Shown piece after piece: positions 25,780 to 37,760 of a stretch of 54,556 bases of DNA. The position numbers and the translations under genes were made by a program. Each line of letters begins with the position of its first letter. Position 1 is the first letter of the stretch. The notes beneath the pieces were generated by a model. The model had not been told where the DNA came from. It ran no database searches and saw only the letters and a list, made by a program, of their open reading frames with translations. The stretch comes from Girardia tigrina (lineage: Eukaryota): contig MQRK01219644.1 in the NCBI GenBank assembly GCA_001938485.1, positions 1-54,556 on the forward strand. Reading direction: 5' to 3'.

Positions 25780-26082
25780 TTATATATATATATAAAAGCC
25801 CAATGTTTCATCTGTGTAACGCTCATATTATTTACTTACAATTGTAAGGAGATAATTAAATTAATTTAATTTTTTGTGTCAAAAATCGGTTTACGGGTTA
25901 GGGTTAGGATAGGGTTAGGACTGTAAAGAAAATAAAAAAAATTACATTTAAAAAAATTGAAAAATTATACACCCAATCCGAAACAATAAATAAAGAATTA
26001 TAGCTACGATTTTATAATTAAAACAGAAACTTTCAAAGGTGAAATTTAACTCCAACGTCATACATGACGGGTCTTTTCTTAG
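25780..26082 (+). mobile_element. Non-autonomous Helitron-like element
   Basis: 5' TATATATATAAAAG start; 3' hairpin CGTCAT-AC-ATGACG followed by TTAG|T; its 3' ~65 bp recur inverted at 33173-33240, ending in CTAG|T. Confidence 0.6.
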
Positions 26083-26693
26083 TGTAAAAATAATAAAATT
26101 GTAGATGTTAAAAATTTAAAAACTAATCGATGACCGTCTAATTAATTATTAATATTAACTGTATATTGGGAATTATTTGGCAAAGAAAAAAGATCGGATA
26201 TTTTTTTATTATTTACAGATTTTAAATCAAACATATTTTCCATTTTTTCTGTTCGTGATATTATTTTTAAATTTTTGGTATTATCTAAGTGTCTTAAAAT
26301 AATATTTCGTATATTTTAGATCATTCTGGATAAGGTATAGTTACAACTTATTCAATTTCTAATTTGCTATTATTCCTGCTTCGAGATTGATCTTGATCCC
26401 CTGCAAATTTATAAATATTTTTGTTAAATAATATTTCATTAATTTTTGAACTCATCCTTTTGAATACCTCATTTTCATTTTAAATTCTTTTTTAAGATCT
26501 CTAGGTAATGTCATACATCAAAAATAATATGCAATATTCAAATAATGAAAAGTAGTTGTTTGGAATTTAATTTCGAATTATTATTATATTGTTATCATTA
26601 TTATATACATTGAATCTTCTTCATATTTCCTATCAAATCAAATTGACATTTATACTTATTCTCCAAAAGACAATCGAGTATTTCAACATTATA

Positions 26694-27335
26694 TTAGGGT
26701 GATGCATAAATTTCCGACCATTTTTAATTAGAGTTATTTATTTTTAAAAGTAAAGTGACATACGATTAATCTTTAAAGTATTCACAATTAGCATATATGT
26801 TTTTTTGCCTTTGATGTAAAAGTCTTCATCTTTCAAATTAATTAAGTCATCTATGCATTTCTTGATTTCATCGCGTGTTTGAAATGTTGACTAGCGAGAT
26901 AATGCTGGAGACCGAAATATATGAAAATCTGTTGGAGCAAAGTCCGGGGAATAGGGCGGATGCGGTAGAACCTCCAATTCAAGCGCTAAAATCATATTTT
27001 TCGTCGCCGACGCAACATGTGCTCTTCTGTTATCATGTCGCAGTATCACTTTGCGTCCACTATGACTTGCATATTTCCTTAACTCGCTGCTTTTTCGTTC
27101 AGCTTAGATAGTTGATCACAATATCGTTATGTGGTAACCGTTTGCCCGGAATACAACATCCCATCATAAAGAAGACCCTTCATATCCCACCACATACATA
27201 GATGGACCTTCTTGTCATGAATATTGCGTTTTGGGGTGGAGGTTGATGGAGTTCCGGGGTCTACTCATTGCCTCTTTCTCCATAAAAACGATATCCCTTT
27301 TTGATCAAAGGTCGGAAAATTATGCATCGACCTAA
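26694..27335 (-). mobile_element. Internally deleted mariner (mauritiana-like) retaining both TIRs
   Basis: TIRs TTAGG(GT/TC)GATGCATAA(A/T)TTTCCGACC with TA TSD; only the C-terminal part remains: [45 protein letters not shown]. Confidence 0.9.
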
Positions 27336-27386
27336 TATATTTCGAATGATAATCGCTGATTCTTTTTTATTATACTTTTTATCGCC

Positions 27387-27389
<3 letters not shown>

Positions 27390-27428
<39 letters not shown>
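27390..27428. repeat. (TA)n microsatellite
   Basis: About 19 uninterrupted TA units. Confidence 0.95.
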
Positions 27429-27430
<2 letters not shown>

Positions 27431-28957
27431 ATATGTTCAATCAATTAAAAGATATCATTAAAATTATTTAAAAAGAAAATTTAAGTCAATTTAAAACGTA
27501 AATTAAATAATTACAAAATATATAAAAAGATTAAAATAATTAAAGATGTGAATTAAATCTAATAATAATCAGAATTAGAATTTTATTAAAGATGTCTTTG
27601 TTGGCAAAGCAGATTTTTATCTGCATAAAGAATGGATATAAAAAAATTTAATTTTTTGATTTACTAGTTTATCGTATGGTCAATCTTAACATTTAAAGTA
27701 ATATCTGTCGATCCATCAAAAAATCAGTTAAACATATGTTTTAATAAATACATCCCAAAGACTGAATCCTTCAGAATTCTTAACATTTTTCAAAGATCAT
27801 AAATTATTTTAAAAATTAGGCAATCCAATTTAAAATTATTAACTAAATAATAAATCAATTTTCTACATTCATGAAAAATGAAATGATTTATGATTATTGA
27901 TGTACTTAATAATTGTGTTTTTATATTATTATTGATAAAGTTTAAAGATTTTCAGGGGTTTTTTCATAATCCTCTGGCATTCAATTAAAAACGATTAAAA
28001 TAATTTCCATCTAATTTAATTTCCTAAGTAACCCCAGTCAATTCCCATGTTCAAATTATTAATTCAATTACTCTGAAAATGATGTCTGAACAATATATAC
28101 TTCTGTAATTTATTATTTTGAATAAAATATTTTTCTTTAGATTCTGATCAAGCAATAAATTGGCAGAAATAAATAACAGGACAGTTAACAATATTGTAAA
28201 AGAACTTTTATTCATCCATGAAATTTCGAGCTCCAAATCTCATTTTATTTAAATTATCAATTATTATTTTGTTTTGATTTTTTTTGAAATGTTTTATGTT
28301 TTCATTTTCACTTCTTGCAAAAATATTTGACAATATTCAATAAACATAATTGTGTTCTGCAGTTTTTTATTAAATAAAAAAGGATAAACAATAATTCAGT
28401 TTTTTATTCTAAATGTATTGCATTCGCAATAATAATTAACTTTAATATCATTTGATATGTCATCCAAATTTACAGTTAAGAGAATGTTTCATCATATATT
28501 GGCATAACAATTACATGAGGTTAAATACCCCATTGTACTTTAATATTCAAAAGAGGATAAAAAACGTCCAGCGTATACCATTTTTCCGACGTAGAACTGT
28601 TCCAAAGGGTAATTCTCTATTCAATACTATAGTACCCACCTATAATGAATCCGCCATGACTTCAACTGATATGTAACTTCATCATATAAAAGAATAATTG
28701 AAGTAAATAGGCTCCGAATCCTTTTGGATTCTAAATTAGTTAATGACGTGAATGAAAGACTTTACACAGCTTGAAATCTAGTGTGAATGATTTTGGGAGG
28801 ACTCATTGAAACTACATAACCTTTGGATATATTTTGGACCGTAGCCGTCGAGCCGTGGGTGTACTTAATAATGCACAAGCGTCCGACACATCGATCTATT
28901 TGTAGACTCTATTTTCAATCAAGAGATAAGGCAGCCGCTGTTGTCCCGGGTTCACAC

Positions 28958-30110
28958 GAGATCAGGATGTTTAGTCGCCGGAAAATTATAACTCGCGAAA
29001 ATTGAAGTTGCGTATAAAACAAAGATATTAAACATGTAAATTTGATTCAAGTAAAAATTTTTTAAAAATCAAAAACAATCATTTTAATTATAAGTCTATT
29101 CCATCAAAACATTATGCGTTAGTCCACGAAGATATTCAATTATATCTCTTTCTGAATAATTTAGAATAATTCTTAAAATTCGTGTAACAGCCTCCACATA
29201 CTTCTTTTTGTATATAGGTCTCACATCGCCTCGAATATACATACTGTTCAAACATATATACCTCATTTTTTTTAACCATCTTCAATGTATTAATAAATTT
29301 CCATATATTCGGGTGACTAACTCTGAATTCACTTCGCAATCTTCTGCGTGCAACTTCGGCATAATTGCTCGTTATTGGATGACTTGCAAGAGTTCGTTTA
29401 TAAACTGACCAAATGTAAGGCTTTCTTCTGATTCCATCCATGCTTAACCGACAAAGATATGAATCTTCAAAAGAATCAATAGTTCCTATGAGGGGTTAAT
29501 TTAAATTTTCAACTCGCCAGAATAATTTATTATTTTTTTAATATAAAAAGTAAAATATTTTAATGTTATAATGCTTATTAAATATTTTAAAATTAAAAAT
29601 GATATAATAAAGCAACTATTAAAAAATCAAATACGTATTTAAAAATAAAATGTTTTTAATAAATTTTGGTGTTAAAAAATGAATTCTTATATTGATGTTG
29701 CAACCACTTCTCACAGTTCCTATCAATTCTATCGCAATATGCTGTTTTAAAGTATCGATGGCGTTTTCTAGATTATCAACAGGCACAAAGGCTAGTGCAA
29801 TAAGGTTTAAGATCTAATTATATGATCCATTAAGATTGTTTCCTTTTAAATTGAGATTTTTTATTTTAAAATGACTTTTCTTCATATAAAATTGAGAATG
29901 TTTCATTTTCTTTACCTTTATAATTTTAGGGCATTGAAAATCTGAATTTTAATTGAAAAAAATTAATTTTAAATTAAAAAAATCTCAATTTAAAATGAAA
30001 AACAACATAATACGACATAAAGCGACGTACATGACATTTAAAATATTATTTATTATATTATTTATTAAACATCCGGCGACTAATTTTCCGGCAACTAAAC
30101 GTCACATACC
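28958..30110 (-). mobile_element. Internally deleted Mutator-like (MULE) transposon
   Basis: TIR core GTTTAGT(C/T)GCCGGAAAATTA at both ends; degenerate ~10-bp TSD GGGTTCACAC/GGGCTCCCAC. Transposase remnants ALAFVP, DSFEDSYLCR, WSVYKRTL..PITSNYAE, HPNIWKFINTLK. Confidence 0.82.
29487..29715. mobile_element. Solo LTR (229 bp) inserted in the MULE
   Basis: Termini T(A)TGAG...CTCACA with perfect 5-bp TSD GTTCC (29482-29486, 29716-29720). Removing it restores the MULE frame IELIGTIDSFEDSYLCR. A related copy in the opposite orientation starts at 54402. Confidence 0.85.
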
Positions 30111-30210
30111 GGGCTCCCACCGATCCGGTAAATAGTAATTTGTGGCTTGGTTTTGCATATTTTTGCGTGAATCAGTTTAAGAAAAGTTAAAGGATCAATT
30201 AATTGATATA

Positions 30211-31630
30211 TAGGGTGTGACAAAAGTAACGCAAAATCTTGGAACGACTTAATTTTAAATCATACTTTTAAGGTCGTTCAGAATCTATGATTAGTTTGAC
30301 TCATTTCTCAGCCGATTTCTATGTTTCAACTTTTCTTTCTTATAAATAAAAAATTTGAATTTCAAATTTGCTTTATCGATTCATCGCTTGTGTTAAGCAT
30401 AAATTGGATTTAAAATTGAACGTTTGGAGTTCATTTAATCGATAATGGAGAACAGATTATCAACCAAAGAAAGAATTAAAGCCGTGAAATACTTTTATAA
30501 GTGCAGCAATTACAGTAATACAGCAAAGCAATTGAATGTGGAGTTAAATAAAGAGACAATTCAGCCATCAACAATTCAGAGACTCGTGAAGAAGTTTGAA
30601 AACACCGGCTCAGCATGTGACCTTCCAAAGTCAGGACGACCTTCCGTAATAAATGATTTTAATATCCAAACTGCTGTGCTGAGAGAGGTCAATGCTACTC
30701 CAACTTCTTCGTGTCGCAGAATAGCTTGTCATTTGGATGGTTCCGGTGATGAAATCTCTTACCGAAGTGTCCACCGTAATCTAAGAAGCATGGGCTTGAA
30801 ACCATACATCCCGAGATTATTTCATGCACTCCATGAAGACGACTCAGATCGACGCCTACACTTTGCAGAAGAATTTCTGGCTTATGCTGAAGAAAATGTT
30901 TCCTTTGTTAATTCCATCTTATGGTCTGATGAGGCAGTATTTAAGCTGAACGGTCACATTAACAGGCACAACTGCATCTACTGGAGAAGCAACAATCCCC
31001 ACGACATCATCGAAAAAGAAGTAAATCTTCCAGGAGTCACAGTCTGGTGCGGCATTTCTTCTCAAGGAATTATTGGGCCCTACTTCTTTGATGGTACTGT
31101 GTCAGGTTCGTCTTACTTTGAAATGCTATCCGAATGGCTGTGGCCTCAGATTGAGTCGAGAATANNNNNNNNNNNNNNNNNNNNNNNNNNNNNNNNNNNN
31201 NNNNNNNNNNNNNNNNNNNNNNNNNNNNNNNNNNNNNNNNNNNNNNNNNNNNNNNNNNNNNNNNNNNNAAGGCGTGGTTGGATGGAATGGCCACCGCGTT
31301 CGCCTGATCTTACCCCACCGGACTTTTTTCTTTGGGGAACGTTGAAAGACTTGGTGTACAACAGAAAGCCTCAAACAATCGAGGAATTGACCGCAGCAAT
31401 CACTGATGGTGTACAAACAATTGACAATGAGTTGTGCCAAAGGGTGTGCCAGTCGGTATCTTCAAGGCTGCAGAAATGTTTGAACAGCGATGATCATCAT
31501 TTCGAAGACTGAATTACTATTCGAACATGAATTGAAACGACGTTTTTAGTTGTGTTTGAATAAAAATTTAATGTTTTACATGTATATTGTATCTAAATTT
31601 CATGTTTTGCGTTACTTTTGTCACACCCTG
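30211..31630 (+). mobile_element. Tc1/mariner element, rosa (DD40-41D)-like, apparently young
   Basis: TIRs (T/C)AGGGTGTGACAAAAGTAACGCAAAA, TA TSD, 1420 bp. Confidence 0.95.
30445..31512 (+). CDS. Transposase, 355 aa, stop-free on both sides of a 104-N gap
   Basis: HTH with SGRP linker, WSDEAVFKLNGHINRHN, VTVWCGISSQGIIGPYFF, EWPPRSPDLTPPDFFLWG, HHFE end; second D hidden in the gap. Confidence 0.88.
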   Translation: MENRLSTKERIKAVKYFYKCSNYSNTAKQLNVELNKETIQPSTIQRLVKKFENTGSACDLPKSGRPSVINDFNIQTAVLREVNATPTSSCRRIACHLDGSGDEISYRSVHRNLRSMGLKPYIPRLFHALHEDDSDRRLHFAEEFLAYAEENVSFVNSILWSDEAVFKLNGHINRHNCIYWRSNNPHDIIEKEVNLPGVTVWCGISSQGIIGPYFFDGTVSGSSYFEMLSEWLWPQIESRIXXXXXXXXXXXXXXXXXXXXXXXXXXXXXXXXXXXRRGWMEWPPRSPDLTPPDFFLWGTLKDLVYNRKPQTIEELTAAITDGVQTIDNELCQRVCQSVSSRLQKCLNSDDHHFED

Positions 31631-31848
31631 TATTTATGAATTATAAACATTTTGTATGAATGATGAAGAAATTTAATAAATATTATTTTTAATAAGCTAG
31701 TATGTTTTACTAGGCACATTTTCTCAGAATATGCTTTAAAATCTTATTAAATTACAGAATTATAACAAAAAATAAGGTTCTAAACATAATTCAAATTTAT
31801 AAGATTGTGAAACACATAGACTAGTAAATTATGTGTTTGAGCTTGATA

Positions 31849-32910
31849 TTAGGTTTTTGCAAAATCAATGCAGGTTTTTGAACTTAAACTTTAAACAAAT
31901 TTTACTCAACACAGATTAAACTTTATAAATCGAAATAAAAACCATCATAATCAATACATATTTAGCAATGAGAAACAAGTTTATTGATGCCCCTAATGTA
32001 GAACTTCTCAGTTCTGTATGCGATGAAAGCGTTAAAGGCGTCTTTGGCGTTGTCTTGGTTTTTGATGCATTTTTCCTGGAGGAAGTTGTCCAAATGCTTG
32101 AAAAAAGGGTAGACAGTAGGCGAGAGATCAAATGAGGAGGGTGGATAAGGCAGAGTTTCGAAGCCCAATTCCTTTAGCTTTTGTAGGGTCGGTTTTGCGA
32201 TGTGTGGCCGGGCGTTGTCGTGGAGGAAAATTGACCACTTCATATTGACCAATCTCGGATACATAAGTCGGAGCTCGTGATGCATTTTGTCAATTTGTTG
32301 GTAGTACTTCTCTGTGCTGATCATTTTACCCGTATTCGAAAGCTGTGAATGATGAGACCGATGCTCAGACCATCAAACATTCATCATAACCTTATTTTGG
32401 TGGAGTTTCGGTTTCGAAAAGTTGTGAGGAGCCTCAAAGCGGTGCAAACATTGTGGCAAACGTCGCCAATTGTAGTAGAGAATCCACATTTCATTAAAAG
32501 TTACAATCCGATCGAGAAACGGTTCGTTTGTGTTGCGCAGAAGAAGTACGGAAGACATCTCAAAACGACGATTTTTTGACTTTCGTTCACATTTTGAGGC
32601 TCTCATTTATCGAGCTTTTTTGACTTTCCAAGTTGCTTCAAGTGCCAAACGACGGTTGAGGGATCAATTTTTAGTTCTTTTGCGAGTGCTCGAACAGTTG
32701 TGCGTTGATCGGCTTTCACCAGCTCCTTCAATTCGTCGTTGTCAATCGTCGATGGACGGCTGCCATGAGGCTCATCTTCAAGGCTGGTATTGCCAGAGCG
32801 AAACTTTTGAAACCAGCACAGTACCATGCATTCGTTGAACTCATTGAACACATGTGTCACAACGTATCTCAAATTTACACTACATCTAGAAAGAAAATTA
32901 TCTAACAAAG
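31849..32910 (-). mobile_element. Degenerate mariner, cecropia (Hsmar1-like) subfamily
   Basis: One TIR TA|TTAGGTTTTTGCAAAATCAATGCAGGTTTT; WFQKFRSGNTSLEDEP, PFLDRIVT, KPKLHQ.KVM, EKYYQQID.MH, LHDNARPH, DLSPT; many frameshifts. Confidence 0.9.
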
Positions 32911-33172
32911 ATACTTATCAACTTTTATAATCCGAAATTGAACATTTTCCAACAAAATCTAAACTAAATCGTTAAACTGTAGAATATTGTTGATACTTTT
33001 GATGTTTATTTTGTTCTTTAACACTTTGATTACTTTTATGATTTATTTGATACTTCAAAAATCCCTCCGTTTGATTAGAATTTAATAATTTGTTCATCTT
33101 ATTATCGAGGTAAAGAAATTTCAGTTTATCTAGATATTTGATCTTAGCCTTCTACGCAACAACATTTCATTA

Positions 33173-33240
33173 CTAGCAAAAGACTCGCCTTGTATGACGG
33201 GTGAGCTTAATTTTCGTCTTTGAAAGTTTTTGTGTTATAA
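33173..33240 (-). repeat. 3' end of a second copy of the Helitron-like family
   Basis: Reverse complement aligns with 26018-26082 and terminates in CTAG|T after a degenerate hairpin. Confidence 0.6.
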
Positions 33241-35083
33241 ATTTATTTTTAATTACTTTTAATTAATTATTATATTGATTTTTACCTATTTATTAAATTT
33301 TTATTTTTTTACTTAAAAATATTTAATTTTTGAAATTCGTGGTTTTATAATTTTTCAATTTTTTCATCAAAAATTTTACTTCTCCTAATCATTATATCGA
33401 TATAAAAAAGTCTGCGGCGATCCAAAATCGATTATCAGTCAAAAATCATTAATATTTACTTGGTAAAAAACACGTCTTTCCTATCGGAAAAAAATTAATT
33501 AATACATTCATAAATATTTATTATATAATTTAACATTATTCATATTATTTAAATAATAATAATAACTTGTTTTTCTATAATTTACTTCATCTTTATTTTC
33601 AATGATTATATATTTAAAAATGAATGCTATGGAACGCTTGTTTGAGTTATTATATTTCCATTTTATTATTAATTCAGACGGGATTATATGTTTGTTTGAT
33701 AAATTTATTACATCAAATAATCAAAAATTAATTAATAAATATTCATAATTTAATAAATAAATTATCATAAATTAATTCATAATTAATCACAAATTAATTA
33801 TAAATTAATTAATAAATATTCTTAAATAAATAATTAAATAATCACAAATTAATCTACTTACGAGTGTACTAAAAAAACTGGAACTGCCATTTTTGATATG
33901 AAACATTGTACAACCCTATATCTCTTTATTTTAAATCTAATTGTAAACGTAATTTAGCAAAAAAAAAATTTTAAACTTTTTCTAACTCATCAGTGATTAT
34001 CATTTTTCAACTTTATTTTTATAGTAACTACACTAATAATTTTATTTCGTTTAAAGACAAATAAAATAAAATAATTTTTAAAAGTTAAAAATTTAATTCA
34101 AGAATAATTAGTTATTTTTATAACTAATAAAATATTGCACATTGTGATCCATTACTTTTGCAACCACAAGAAATATCATTAGTCTCTAAAAAAATATAGT
34201 AATAATTAATTTATTCAATAAACTTTCATTGTTATTTATTATTGTAATTAATTTTGAACAGGCAACTAGACCAGAACCTGGTAAGATTCCAAAGAGTTTA
34301 TAAAGGAGAATATATAAAATATTGAAGCAATAATAATATTTAATTAAATAAAATTGTATTCAATTAACTTAAAATTTATTAAATAAAACTGTAAAATTAT
34401 TTTAATTTACAAATAATATATAAAAACGATTAAAATTATTAATCACTTCAATAAAGATAGTGAAAGCAAATGTTATAATAAAATTTACAGTGGCGTGACT
34501 TACATGCTTTCTTTCGGCGTTGTTATCTTATAAATTAATGGGAAATTTTATCAACATAAATCACATGTAAACTGGTTCACGGAGGAAATATAAACAGTTT
34601 TCCAATACCAATAATAGTGCAAACAACAGTTAATTCAAATAAAACTGCATAACTTATTAAAAACAGAAAAAGTATACCCGTCATCCGGTCACGAATGGTT
34701 TGGTATTGCACATGAGTGTCTGGTACATCGCGCGATTTGATAACTTGTTCGGTTTTGGGGACATGTCATTTCCAGGTAGACTTTAACGTCAAATAAAATA
34801 ACGATGAACATTTTTTCGTGGCAATGAAAAGAGAAATATTAAATTAAACTTGATCATTTCTTTCTTTTTAGCACGAATATTTTTAATTTTAATCTCTTTT
34901 CTCATAGGATATTGTCATTTTTATTACTTTATTAAAAATAATTACATGATTATATACATAATGATAGAAAAACTTTTAAAGTTAGAAATAATGGAAGGAA
35001 AATATTACATAGATAACTAATTTAATAAATATAAAATTATATTTTATTTTTATCATGTAGTATATTGCATTCTTACAGTCAAT

Positions 35084-35503
35084 CAGTAGCGTCACTAAGC
35101 GGGTGCGGGGGTGCGGACTGCACCGAGTGACACAATCTCAGAGGGTGTCACCAAATGAAAAATACATCACGGAAATAACCCTGTATAAATACCCGACGTT
35201 AAGCTAAGGTTAACTAAAAACACATGTTATTCGGAGTCCATGACGTCAGTTTCCGGTTAGGAAATATGATTACATCATTTCATGTTGATTTGACTTTACC
35301 AGTAATTTTATGTTATGATAAAGCAACGCACACGTTTGTTGACTTGTTGGGAAATCATTCAAACGGTTGAGTACATAGCTGCTGTAGATACCCTACAAAA
35401 ATGCATTTACAATTCATGATGAGTGGATTGGGCTCCACTGCCTCTACACTCAGAATAAATGTGGAGGGGAGACACCGTGACACCAACCCTAGCGACGCCA
35501 CTG
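35084..35503. mobile_element. hAT MITE (420 bp), Tip100-like termini
   Basis: TIRs CAGTAGCGTCACTAAG / CAGTGGCGTCGCTAGG; perfect 8-bp TSD CAGTCAAT (35076-35083, 35504-35511); subterminal GTGACAC/GTGTCAC motifs. Confidence 0.92.
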
Positions 35504-37524
35504 CAGTCAATCTTTTCGGGGGATAGTCTGTTATCTACAGGAAAACGCTAACTAAAATTGTGTTGTCCTTAGTATTAAAATAGTGCTTTCATAATAAGTT
35601 TAAATAATAAGTAATAAAATATATTTAATAAAGATCAAGATAGGCTCATATAGACATCAATTGATGCATTATAAAACTATAACTTATTAATAACAGGAAA
35701 AGTGTATCTGTCATCCGGTCACTTTTATAAGTTGTGCAGTTTTATTTGAATGAAATGTTGTTTGAAATAGTAATGGTATTTAAAAAACTGTGAGATTTGT
35801 ATTTCAGTGCATTGGTACCTACCAAGATGACTGATTAATATTTTAATTCTTGTTATATGATAAATAGGTAATGTTTAAATTTATTTCTAATTTAAAATAA
35901 TCGTAAAATTTTAAATAGGTTTTGTTGGGTTCTTGATCAAAATTAAGATTCATTAACACAAAATTTTATTTAATAACACAAATAACAATTATTTAAACAA
36001 TTTTTCTGAGGAACTTTCGCTTTCTTTTGATCAAATTCCTTATACATAAATATATGGAATTATAAATACTGATAAGCTATTTATTCGTTTCATTTGTTTT
36101 ACATGTCTACATTTTTGAAATACAATTTACGAATTTAAAATACATGAATTTTAAAATAATTTTAAAACTTATTTTTTTAGTTATAATAGTTTATAAAACT
36201 TTTGATTTTAAATATTTCCTTATTTTAGAGATTATTTATAAAAATTAATTATTTCAAAAATTTTAAGAGTGAACCTGTCCTTCACAAGTTTGTTAATTTT
36301 ATTTACAACTTTTAAATAAATAAATTGAATTAATATTTAAAATAATTGATAATCATTTTAATTTTTAACCAAGAAATTTTGAATAAATATTTTAAAAATT
36401 TAGGTAAATCTCCATTTTTCAGTGCCACGGAACAGAGATTTTTAAGATTATAATAGATGAGAGTGAGAGAAAAATTGATGTCTTGAAGGGCCTCAAGAAT
36501 TGACAAATATAATTCAACTCACAATTGACACACTTATAACGTCAGGAATTAAATAAAAAATTATTTAAAATTAAGATCAATTGTATTTCTAATATTTCGC
36601 TTATAGTTAGTGTTAGGAACGACATCGATCGTATAAATGTCTCCTGACTCTTCCGACATTTAAATATGAAAAAATACGACTGAATGAAAATAATTTATTA
36701 AATTATAATTTTGAATTTTCACACTAATTTCTGATTATATAAATATTCTGTCTTTTATTCGAGGATATTTTTAGTAGTTCTGTTTTTAACCGTTTATTAT
36801 AAATATAGATATGGATATAGATATAGATATTTAATAAAAATATGTTATAAATTATACTTATAAAATATACAGTTAGTAAACATTTATTTTAGAAATTGAA
36901 TTTTTTCTGTTTTGTTTCGCTAATAAAAATAAGTTCCAAATTTTACTCAATTAAATTGATGAATCAACATGAATCAGTATTTTTGCTATTACAATTTATC
37001 ATTGACTCGTTTAGTAAATTAACAGTCGACAATTAACTTTTGTATACCACTCATAAATTCGAATAATCTGACAAAGCTTTTTTCACAAACATTTTCAAAG
37101 TTGTTCTTTCAAAGTAAGGGTGTTTTGTTCTCTACTTTAACTTGAGAAACGTCAGTCTATGCATATTCTTTTCTAGAATCTATGTAGTAGTATGGATAAG
37201 ATCTCCTCTTGCAGTGGCCGTACTTACAACGATTAAAATCTATGAAATCTCTAGTTGATTACAAGAAAGTTTACTAACAAATTTCCTGCAAAATGTCAAT
37301 GAAACTAGTGAGTCGGATGTGATACCTGTTTGAAGAGTTGGTCGGTCTGTCTGTGTTTGATGACAGAGTTATCTGTGATAAAAAGGAGAAAATAGTGATG
37401 GTGATCGCAGAGCGGTAGGTTGAGCGCGATTGACACGTCTAGAGTTCTTCAACGTTTGTCTTGTTGTCGATTTCTGTTTATCTAACTTATAATAACGTAC
37501 ATTTACTGTCCAATCATAAATTTT

Positions 37525-37540
37525 GGCCCTAAAGAGGGCC
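37525..37540 (-). promoter_or_regulatory. Histone mRNA 3' stem-loop
   Basis: GGCCCT-CTTT-AGGGCC (6-bp stem, 4-nt loop) about 20 nt downstream of H2B homology on the same strand. Confidence 0.88.
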
Positions 37541-37560
37541 GTATTTCTTTCTCGGTTTGC

Positions 37561-37760
37561 GGCGTTCCTAGCCAACTCTCCCGGCAGCAGCAGTATCCCT
37601 CCCGTCTGGATCTCTCTGCTCGTAATCGTCAACTTCTCGTTGTAATGCGCCAATCGACTGGCCTCACTTGCAATCTGTTCAAAAACTTCGTTCACGAAAT
37701 TGTTCATGTTCGACATGGCTTTGCGGATATGCGAGTGTCTGGGTGCACCTGCTGCAGCAA
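37561..37760 (-). pseudogene. H2B: Histone H2B pseudogene fragment
   Basis: [11 protein letters not shown] / (1-nt deletion) [51 protein letters not shown]; the C-terminal VSEGTKAVTKY and stop are deleted, and the normal N-tail is absent. Confidence 0.92.

Noticed and set aside
25895-25919. Interstitial telomere or chromosome-fusion scar
   Set aside because: Only about four imperfect units, internal to a dispersed Helitron-like repeat.
34262-34280. Plus-strand 19-nt microexon (CAG|GCAACTAGACCAGAACCTG|GTAAGA)
   Set aside because: No plus-strand host gene identified to contain it.
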